A DNA stretch of 32,275 bases from Jimgerdemannia flammicorona. Its lineage: Eukaryota. Positions 23,392 to 32,275 of the stretch are shown one piece after another; position 1 is the stretch's first letter, and the number at the start of each line of letters is the position of its first letter. The position numbers and the translations under genes are program-made. The DNA is taken from NCBI GenBank assembly GCA_003990765.1, contig RBNJ01000358.1, positions 1 to 32,275 on the forward strand. The letters run 5' to 3'. The notes under the pieces were generated by a model. It saw only the letters and a list, made by a program, of their open reading frames with translations, was not told where the DNA came from and did not search any database.

Positions 23392-23472
23392 GTTGATAGT
23401 CACTTGACACCGAAAACATTGTAAAAGTATTGCCTGAGTTCTTATGTCACCTGAATGTTACCGGTGAAAGAT

Positions 23473-24620
23473 ATTGGTAGCTTGGCTTGTATAAGCTATC
23501 ATATGGTGCTATTGGTCAGGTTCTTCTTAGGCTAGAACTGCTCCTAAGCCATCTTTGGAAGCATCTGTATACAAGATGAATGGCTTTTATAGATTGGAGT
23601 GTATAAGAATTGATGCTGTGGTCATGCAGTTCTTAAGTTCTTTGAAGACATTCTCTTATAATTCTGTCTATTTATAAGATACTTCTTTCTTAAGAAGGAT
23701 TTAGATTGGAGCAGCAATTTGGGGCAGCAATTTGGGCAAAGTCCTTGATAAACCTTCTGTAGTAAAATACTAGCATTAGGAAGGATAGTGTTTCCTTTGG
23801 AAACTTGGATACTGACCAATTGTTGATCTTTTCAGTTTTCTTTGGGTCTGCAGTTCCTTCTTTTGAAACTATAAATCTGAAGAATTCAAGTTTTTGTTTT
23901 CCAAAGTAATATTTCTTGGTATTGAGTCTCAGGTAGTTCTTGTAGGTAAGCTTGAAGAATTCTTCTAGATGGTACAGATGTTCCTCGAAATTTGCTGAAT
24001 AGATGTTGGAATTATCCATATACAATCAGACAGTAATAGATTAGTAGAACATAGACTGAATTCATCATCCTCTGGAAGGTGAGGGGTATATTGCAAAGTC
24101 CAAAAAACATTCAGAGGTATTCAAACAGTTTTCTTAGAGCAAGGAAAGCTGTCTTTTGAATATCTTTAGGGTCTATGGAGATCTCATGGAATTCTGCAAA
24201 AAAGTTCATACTGCTGAAGTATCTAGTATCTTATAACTAGTTCAAGAGGTCATCAATTCTGAGTAAAGGATAGGTATTCTTTTCAGTAACTGAGTTAAGT
24301 TTTCTATAATCTATACAGAGTCTCCATTCTCCTTTCTTTGGAATAATAAGTATAGGGCTGGCCCAGGGGCTAGTAGAAGGTCAGATGACTCTATTGTCTA
24401 AGAGTTCTTAAATATGCTCCTTTTCAAATATCTTTAAATGATGGGATATTCTATAGGATTTCTGCCAGATAGGTGTTGCATTTTCTGTATTTATACTATA
24501 GTAATATGATGGGTTGTATAGTAGGTTGCCATAATCAGTAGTGAAGATATCTTGATATTTATTGAGAAGTTCCACTAGTTATAGCCATTGCTGGGGTATC
24601 AATTCTTCTTCAATATTGGT
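23473..24620 (-). pseudogene. pol: Gypsy pol: reverse transcriptase and RNase H N-terminal half
   Basis: [53 protein letters not shown] (decayed YMDD), YYRRFIKDFAQIAAP, FILYTDASKDGLGAVL. Confidence 0.95.
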
Positions 24621-25039
24621 GGAAGGCTTCACTGTCTCCTAGATTACAAAAGGGTCTTTACTTTCTTCTAGGACCTTTTGTTATTTCTTAATAAGTTTAG
24701 TTCATAAACTTCTCTATAAGTCTGATTGAGAAAAGACATCAGATGCCCTATAATGATCTCTTTTAACAAGATGATGGTCTCCCAACTTTGGTTGGTTGCT
24801 TGAGAGTATACTGGGTTCATCTTGTTGAGGAATGTGTGCCCTTCTATATCCAGATTTGGGATATCTTCATTGGGTTCAAAGAAGAGGTTTCTGAGATCAG
24901 GTAGTATAAATATTTCGAAGGTGGTTTGCTCTCCAGGCTCCAGAATAAGATTCTTGTGCAGCTTGACTAGTTAGCAATATACTTGCTGAGAGACATTCCT
25001 CTTGAGGTGGTTGACCTGAAGAAGGTGTACTTCCTTCAT

Positions 25040-25445
25040 GTCTGAGCTTCCAAATCCTTTGGCTTGCCTGGTTCCTTCAGTCAATTCAGAAACTTCTTAT
25101 AGCTGAGGGGTTTTGACTTTTATGAAGACTGCTTGAGCAATCTTCTGTCCTCTAATAATTCAGTACTATTCCATACTACTGTTGTATAGAATAACCTTGA
25201 TTTCACCTATATATCCTGGATCAATAGTTCCTCCCTTTATAGTGATTCCTTGTCTGGCAAGTCCAGACCTTGAGGTTAGTTAGATATAAGTTCCTTGGAG
25301 TGGCTGTATGACTAATCTGGTTCTGATCATGAATCTTTTTTCAAGCTTGATGGATTCATCCTCCAGACTGTGAAGATCATACCCTATATCTTCTGGGTGG
25401 GCTTTGGTTGGGGGTTTGGCCTTGGGATGTAGCAGGGAATACTGG
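25040..25445 (-). pseudogene. dut: dUTPase domain within the gypsy polyprotein
   Basis: All five trimeric dUTPase motifs in order: GYDL, SRSGLA, GTIDPGYIGEI, GQKIAQ, RQAKGFGSSD; a few in-frame stops. Confidence 0.95.
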
Positions 25446-26760
25446 GCAATATTCTTGCTGAGTTTGGACTGTCCTTGGGCTGAAGCTCTACTAGCAGTAA
25501 GCCTCCAGGCTCTGAGGTTGAGATGTGGCCATCTGGGTCCAGTAGAGGGATCTTAGAGATAGTTGATTCCTCTCTTTTCTATGGGGTCTAGGGCTTCTAT
25601 AAAATTGGTGACATATTCTACCCATTCTTAGTGAGTTATATATCTGATGAGAGCTAGGATATCTTCTTCTAAACCATAGATCTTGAGAGTCCTTCTTCCT
25701 GGCTTCTTGGTCTGGCTTTTTCAGATCTAGTTTCTGTTATCTCCTCTCTTCAGGGTGTGAATTGCAACATCCTGGCTGAGATGGATCTTCTGATATCTGC
25801 AGTCTCAGCAGTCTGAGTATCTTCTATGATTGCAATATCCCATTGCTTAAAAATAGAATTCCTGATTATTAATTTATTGTTGTCTTGAGAATCAGTATCC
25901 ATCTTGATCATAAGTTGGAGGAAGAGTAGACAGGGGATATATCTCTATTTGGGTGAAGAGGCCTTGTCCTCTAAATTGGCTTTGCAGCTTGGTGGTAACT
26001 TCTTGAAAGGTAGTTGACTGTATAACTGTAGTTGGGAGTTCTGGTCTTTGGGGTCTCTGTCTTTCTTGCTGGTCTAGTAGATGGCACTAATAGCAGTAGT
26101 CTCAGGGAGAGTGAAACACTGTTTGGTGTGGATATCTTTCTAGCTGAAAAGCTCTTTCTTAGTGGGTTTCTTGCTTAAGAGTAATGAGGATTATACTGGG
26201 TCCTTCTTTTATATTCCAAGGGTTATTATCTTCAGGTGGTGTCTAGTGAGAATTATCCCAGGGGATAAGTTCAGGGGCTTCTTCCTCTTTGGGTACTTTT
26301 TGTTCAGAAACCTCTTATTCAGAGAGTTTCTCTTTCTCAGATGATTCTTGACCCCAGATTGCTTGTACTTTTACAGCTTTGGCTGCAGGTGTCTCCAGAT
26401 TATGTCTGCATTTCTTCTTCTTTCTTCTATACTCAAGGCAGGCTATATCAGGTGAATTCCTTATTCCAATGATCTTGGAGGAGTGCTTGGGACACTTGTG
26501 TCTTTTGAGGCAGATAGGGTATCCTTTGATTTCTCCTACAATGGCTCTAATGGTAATGGGGGTAGTATTCTTGGCCCATATATTGTCTTCTAGTCTATTA
26601 TCCACTAGGTTGATTTGGGGATTGAGTCTGGGATCATTTCTATCTTCAGATTCTTCTTTCTCTTCTGTAGTAGATTCTTCACTACTGGTATATTCTTTCT
26701 AAATAGTGACCTTCTTCTTCTTCTTTGATTACTCATAACTGGTCATCTTAACTCTATACT
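25446..26760 (-). pseudogene. ~430-codon in-frame insert between protease and dUTPase with three Cys/His motifs
   Basis: Same frame from protease to dUTPase; CPKH..CLEY, YPH..CY*C, CNH..C*DC; acidic linkers. Confidence 0.65.
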
Positions 26761-26779
26761 TCTTGCCTCAGTAGTCAAA

Positions 26780-27090
26780 CTTGAGTACCTGTTGACCAAT
26801 ATCAACAACTACATTCATTTTCTTCATCCAGTTGGTGTCAAGAATCATATTATAGGTGATAACTTCAATGATAACAGCCTTTGAGATAGAGAACCGAATG
26901 TGTCTGAGAGAGATGATAATGTTTCATACTTTTCCAAGGGGTTGAGTTTGGACTCTATCTGCTACTATAATACTGAGATTAGATGGTCTATCAATGGGCC
27001 ATTGGAGGGTGTCCAGAAATCATTTGGCAATGACACAGATAGCTGCTCTAGTATTTATGAGGATTTTCACTTTCTGTCCTCCAATATCTC
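26780..27090 (-). pseudogene. Retropepsin aspartic protease
   Basis: KILINTRA (LxDTGA after G>A changes) and MILDTNW (ILGxDW after G>A changes). Confidence 0.88.
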
Positions 27091-27099
27091 TATATAGAT

Positions 27100-29056
27100 A
27101 GGTACTGACATGTCTTTCTATAGGCTGAGTAGAGATGGGAGCTGGTTCTTATTGTGAGATTAAAACTTGGCTAGTATTAGACCTGGTAGTCCTCAGTAAT
27201 TTATTTTAGACTCCAGCTGGTATTAGTTGCAGAAGCTTCAGGAGAGAGACTTCTATCTTAGCTTCTTAGATCTTTTACCAGGCTTCATTGTAGATGTCTC
27301 TGGGTATGGTCTTCAGGTATACTTCTTTTTGGGCTTTGAGGCAGCAGATTCCTATTCTTCTTGTTCCATTTTTTCATCTTCTGGGTACAGCTCATTTGTC
27401 TTAGGGACAAAGAGTGAGAGAGTCCAGAGAGTGTTTCTACTTATTTCTCTTTATGTTCTTTGTCTTTCTCTTAGATTCTTCTGCTAATATTCCTGGATGG
27501 CCTTTCTATAGATCTCTTTCTTTTCTCTGCTAGGTAGACTGTCTTTTGGATAGTGATCTTGACTAGATACAAGTCTAGGTTACTATAGTCTTTACTGTTG
27601 CTTTCTTCTTCAAAATCTTTGATAGGGTGGGCTTCAGTCTTCTTGTACTGAGTTTCATTCCTTCAGTTTGATGGTTCTGAATCTCTTCAGTCATTCCTTT
27701 TATTATCACATTCAGTGGTATAGTGTCCAAATTGTCTACAGTAGAAGTATTGGACTTGGGCTCTATCTCAGATAGAGTATCTTCTTTCTTCTTGCTAGTA
27801 GTTCCTGTTATCTCTTAGTGGATAACCTTGGCTTCTTTATAGTGAGTATCCTCTGTTGTCTTAATAATTCTGATTTTTATGTATGGTGAGTTTTTCAATC
27901 TATCCAACCAATCAGTCTAGCTTGGAACTGAGGACTTGAATTTTGCTTCTATTCCTCTTTCCTTCTTTGGCTGGTCTTCTTTCTTCAGATCTCTCCTGTC
28001 CTTAGAGGAGTTCTTATAGGGCTTTGACTAGGATATCTTCTTTATCATCCTTCTTATTATAATTACTCCAGATAGTTCCTTGTCTGACATCAAAGAATCC
28101 TTGGGCTGATCTACCTGCTCTTCAGACCTTTTGATATCTAGAGTATGGATATGCTGGACAATGTTTAGAGAAATTCCATTTATGAAGATCATTGGACCTA
28201 TGATGTCTTGGTTGGTGGCATTGAACCTGGCTGTATACATTCTCTTTTGGATTCTTATAAAGAATGCTCTGGGCAATTCTCTAAGGTTCATCTTCATCCC
28301 CATAATGAATTTTTGAATCTTATAGTGGAGTTCATTTCCTGCATATTTTTTAATAAGTCAGTGGACCATGGCTACATATTCTAGCTCATAGGATACTGCT
28401 GCTTATATTTCTGCTACCAGGTCTGAGTGTGGGTTATTTGCTATTTGGTGGAAAATCCCTCTGGCTGGTTCTCTGAGCTGAGTCTTATAGATGGTAATTT
28501 TCCTTTTATCTAAGAGATTTCTTAGAACTGAGATTTCTTCAATTCTATCAAGAAATTCTCTAGGATCTTCTTCTAGATATCCTGCAAAGGTTGGCAGTAG
28601 GCTGGCTATTTCATCATCACTTTCTTCTGGTTTGGATTCTGATTTGGATTCTGACTCTAGTTTACTTCCTGAGCTATAGCTAGGAGTAGGAGTAATTAGA
28701 TATCTTAAGAATGGTATTGCTGATCTTGGTTGAAGTGGAATGAGCCTGGGTATTCTTGAGGGAGCTACTTCTAATTCAGCAAAGACTAGTGGTAAAGGTT
28801 CAATAGGTGAGATTGGTGAAACTGCTATAGGGTATCTGGCTGCAGAATTTTAGGCTTAAGTAATAAGATCTTCTAGTTCTTGGGTAAGTTCTTCAAAGTT
28901 TTCAACAGGACCTCCTGTATTGTCTGGTTGATCTGGTTGAGGATTTTGAACTGTACTAGCTTCTGGTTGGGATCCCTCTAATGCTGGGCAATTGGCAGCT
29001 CTTGAGGTGATTACTTCTCTTCCTGGCCAAATGCTAGTAATGACTGGTTCTTCTAT
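27100..29056 (-). pseudogene. gag: Gag (Pro-rich N-terminus, capsid-like region, remnant Zn knuckle)
   Basis: PTFAGYLEEDPREFLDRIE capsid-like motif, in frame with ORF 28028-28303; start inferred from ATA at 29056; possible knuckle remnant SQDHYPKD at ~27540-27570. Confidence 0.8.
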
Positions 29057-29138
29057 AATGATAGAGATTGGTATTGTATCAAATATATCCAGTTTGACTG
29101 TGGGTTCTTGAGCTGAAAAGTTATATCAATTTGAAATC

Positions 29139-29156
29139 TTCCCAGTTGAGCCCCTA
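29139..29156 (-). other. Primer-binding site, tRNA-Pro-like
   Basis: TAGGGGCTCAACTGGGAA, 2 nt from the 5' LTR; resembles the tRNA-Pro PBS TGGGGGCTCGTCCGGGAT. Confidence 0.7.
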
Positions 29157-29158
29157 AA

Positions 29159-30323
29159 TATAATATGTATATAGAGATAAATTATAAGATTGTGATTGAT
29201 GTAGTTTGGCTTGAGCCTCTAGTTACTTTGTCAAAAAATAATAAAATATTCTAAGATTTCTGATATCCTTGTTGATATTTAGTAGTATAATAGTTAATCT
29301 GAATATAATAGTCAGTCTCTCTAGTTGTGTGGTGGTTGATTTATACAGATTTCCTTATTGGGATGGTTCTTGGGTATAGCTGTAATTTGTGTAGCAATCT
29401 TTATATAATGTGATGATCTTCAAAAGTATGTAATTTCTGTATGACAATCTCTATATAGCATGATAATTTTAATGTATAATGGTCTATATAGCTATATGAG
29501 TTTGGTGGATAACTCAATTTGATATAGATTCTCCTAAATTGATAGCTTTTTTTGGAAAATAACTCAGATGGCACAGATTCTCCTACTTACTAGAAATAGT
29601 ACTAATAGTAAATTCTTCTTACTGAGAATAAGTAACTTGGATGTAGATAATTCAGATAACTCAGATAGCTCAGATATTACAGATTATTTCTGAATCAGTA
29701 TAGTTCTCTAGGAATACAGTATAACTTAGGAATAGCAGACTTCTTCAGACTTATCTAGTAAGTGAACCAAAAATATAACAGAATCTTCTTTGTATCAGAA
29801 AGTAGACCAGAGTAGGAAAGAGGCAAAGCTCACAATCTCCTAGTAGTAGCTGTAGAGCAGGTATTTCTCCTAAGTATTGCAATCTTTTCTGGATTAAGTG
29901 GCTTTTAGCAGATATATCTCTTGAAGTATAGTAAGCAGACTTGTCTTTTGCTTTATATTTCAGAACTGAGGTTTATTCACTCTTGTCTCTGAGGTATTTT
30001 ATATATTATGATTACTATCTGATTACTATATAGCTAACTATAGATTTGCTATTTGTGGCAAGTTGTATAGGTCTAGTATGAGTGTATAGGTCTAGTATAA
30101 TATGCAGATCTAGCATGGGTATGTAGGTCTAGTATAAGTATGTAGGTCTAGTATAGGTATACAGGTCCTATACAGATATACTTTATCTGGTAGTCTGACT
30201 ATTTATATAGTTTTTCATAGCAATAGTTGCTGGATTACTATGTTATATTATCTGGCTAAGTTGCTAATTATTCACATCATCTGGCTAAGTTATAATTCAG
30301 ATAATATGTTTTGGTTTATCACA
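29159..30323 (-). repeat. 5' LTR of the gypsy element
   Basis: Direct repeat of 14613-15802; begins TGTGATAAACC on minus; adjacent to the PBS. Confidence 0.93.
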
Positions 30324-30554
30324 ATATAGTAACTGATTTCTGATTTAAGGCTATAGATATAGTATTTTAATATTTAAGACTATTATTAGAGTAATTGACC
30401 TCTACTACTAGCCTCTGATTTTAAGATCACAATTCAGTCTTACAGATCTTAGACTTAATATTTCAATAAATAAAAATCTGTAAAATAATCAAATAATATA
30501 ATAAACTATATTTAAAATAAATAAAGATATAATTATAAAAATAAAAATACATTA

Positions 30555-31726
30555 CTCCTTTCTCTGCTACCTTACTAGTCACAATGGTTTGATAGGCAAC
30601 CTTCTGAGTTCACTTTCTATAATTATTACTCCCTCTACCTTAGATTGGTTTGCTGTACCTATTGCAGGATAGTGAGAGGGAGGCAATGGTAATAAGTTGT
30701 CCCTTTATCAGTATCTAATCAGTGTCTTCTTCACTTTTTCATGATTTCTAGTACCTTTGGCTATATCTGGAGTATATCTATTTTGGTGCAGTACTTTCTT
30801 TCTTTTGCCATCACCAACAAGGTACTGTCTTGATATATCATGAGTCATGTAGAGAGTTGGCTGACCTTGAGCATCAAGTGTCCAGTATAGGTTACTTGTA
30901 GGTTCTTGGTATCTGTAGTGGGGCCCTCTGGCTTTGGTAAGCTTTCTGGCAAGTATGGTTCTGGTGTAGATAACTGTTTTTTGAGTATTGTTGGGATGGG
31001 AGAGGAGATGGCTATCATAGATAGGAGGAAGAGCAATTACAGTGAATCAGTAGAGTGCCAGACTGGGAGTAATCATTGGGGCTAGAGTGGATACTACTTT
31101 GGTGGGATCTTTTGATTAATACAGAGCAGTTAGGTGATAGGTGTTACTCTCAGCTTCTTTTGGTAATTTGGTAGGTTGGACTCCAGTCATTGAGGGAGGT
31201 TGGGGGGCCTGAGGCTACTCATTTTAGATATCTTGGCTATACTCAACTAGAACTAGGAGCTGATATGGTAATGTGATTGAGGCCTGCAGACTTGAGTAGT
31301 AGGATATTGGGGGTCTCCTCTTGCCTTACATACATATAAGTTCTTTACTCACCTTGACTGAGAGAATAAGGCCCTATCTACCATGATATACTTTGATGAG
31401 AGTTTTTCTTTATCTGTCATCCTCCTTGGGGTGACAGAGACTATTCTTTTTGGCTCAAGTATAGCCTTATATGTTGGGGTCTCAGACATGTACTTTTGGT
31501 CATTGGTATATAACTGGGTTCTCTCTGGTAGTAGGGAGAGCATGGTGTACAGAATGAGATATGAGCCAACATAGGCCCTGCTGTGCCTGGTATGGTCAAG
31601 CTGCTGAATAATAGCTAGCCTAAGTTAATAGGGGGGTAGTGCTTGATGGGTAGTGGGAAAGAGTTTTGATCTATATAGTCTAGATTCTCTTCTAATAAAA
31701 ATTTGCAAAACATTGAGTCTATTAAA
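30555..31726 (+). mobile_element. Non-autonomous polyadenylated retroposon, copy B
   Basis: Collinear with the reverse complement of 1-1164 plus 7611-7625; AATAAA at 31694-31699; tail replaced by (TA)n; no clear TSD. Confidence 0.75.
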
Positions 31727-31744
31727 TATATATATATATATATA
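31726..31744. repeat. (TA)n microsatellite at the tail position of copy B
   Basis: ATATATATATATATATATA follows ...CTATTAA. Confidence 0.8.
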
Positions 31745-31758
31745 GAGAAAGGTGACAT

Positions 31759-32267
31759 ATCTTTCTCTGGTATCATTTAGGTTACACAACCTTTGAAAGG
31801 TACTTATAATATCATTTTTGGAAAAAAGAGACTAACAACATAGTAACTAATAGGTAATCTGAGGTATGTACTGGGCAGGGTGGCCCAAGCACTTTTAAAT
31901 AGCAGCAGGAGGAGAGGAACCCAGGCCTGGGGGGAGGTATAAGGGGGCTGCTGGCAGGTGGATATGGAAGAGGTAGAGATAATGATGGAGACTAAGGATC
32001 TAGGAAGGCGAGCTTTGTGGAGATGGTAAAGGAGAGATAGCAGACATCAGGGCTGGAGGGCTGGCTGAAGAGAGGCAAAGAGACAGAAAAGGTAGCGGTA
32101 AGTAGGGAAAGAGCCCTTAGAAAGGGGGGCAGTAGAACTGAAGGAGTAGTAGCTGGGGGGAGTGTGACTGCTGATGGCGATGGGACTACCAATTTGAAAA
32201 AAAATCCAGATATAATAGCTGATGGTGAGACTGAGCAATTGAGACTTAGAAGACAAGGAGATTTAGC
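31759..32267 (+). mobile_element. 5' fragment (5'UTR and ORF1 start) of a family-1 LINE, broken by a T-run at the window edge
   Basis: Aligns with the reverse complement of ~13250-13757 from the first base; similarity stops at ...GGAGATTTAG, followed by C and T-run. Confidence 0.9.
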
Positions 32268-32275
32268 TTTTTTTT

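Larger units (their letters stand above)
17685..23472 (-). mobile_element. Full-length L1/Tx1-like LINE, family 2 (~5.8 kb), nested in the gypsy RNase H
   Basis: TSD ATTGGTAGCTTGGC(TT) at 17669-17684 and 23473-23488; poly(A) tail; AATAAA on minus at 17728-17733. Confidence 0.96.
14613..30323 (-). mobile_element. Ty3/gypsy LTR retrotransposon (~9.9 kb excluding the nested LINE), dUTPase-bearing, heavily mutated
   Basis: Two LTRs, outer termini TG...CA, 4-bp TSD ATAT (14609-14612 and 30324-30327), domain order gag-PR-RT-RH-IN on minus. Confidence 0.96.

Noticed and set aside
30905..30950. VSVVGPSGFGKL resembling a Walker A motif in the 1.17-kb element
   Set aside because: Lacks the S/T after K, copy A reads GPSGFGEL, and no Walker B is visible.
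31744..31752. AGAGAAAGG inverted to CCTTTCTCT at 30557-30565, suggesting TIRs for copy B
   Set aside because: Only 9 bp of low complexity; AATAAA plus tail indicate retroposition.
32268..32275. Terminal T-run joining the T-run at position 1 (circular or tandem unit)
   Set aside because: Sequence before the terminal T-run does not match the TSD predicted for copy A; more likely an independent tail or a contig break.

Overview
Eukaryotic, probably fungal, repeat-dense window (short introns, some with CTAAC branch sites). It consists of nested, decayed transposons and AT-rich relic spacers; I see no intact host gene. Left to right: (1) a ~1.17-kb polyadenylated non-autonomous retroposon (1-1164 plus 7611-7625, minus), with an inverted second copy at ~30555-31726; (2) inserted in it, a ~6.4-kb hAT DNA transposon (1177-7610) carrying an intron-rich transposase pseudogene, a convergent multi-exon cargo pseudogene and a 5x73-bp double-hairpin array, with its left TIR replaced by a hairpin-type palindrome; (3) a full-length L1/Tx1-like LINE (7858-13757, minus, 13-bp TSD); (4) a Ty3/gypsy LTR element (14613-30323, minus, ~1.2-kb LTRs, ATAT TSD, tRNA-Pro-like PBS) with gag, protease, a Cys/His-rich insert, dUTPase, RT, RNase H, integrase and an extra 171-codon ORF after pol; (5) a second full-length LINE (17685-23472) nested in the gypsy RNase H; (6) a LINE 5' fragment at the right edge. 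Two near-pure poly(A) insertions with 15-bp TSDs are also present. All elements are CpG-depleted and damaged by C>T/G>A transitions. Translations and alignments were done by eye, so domain boundaries are approximate.
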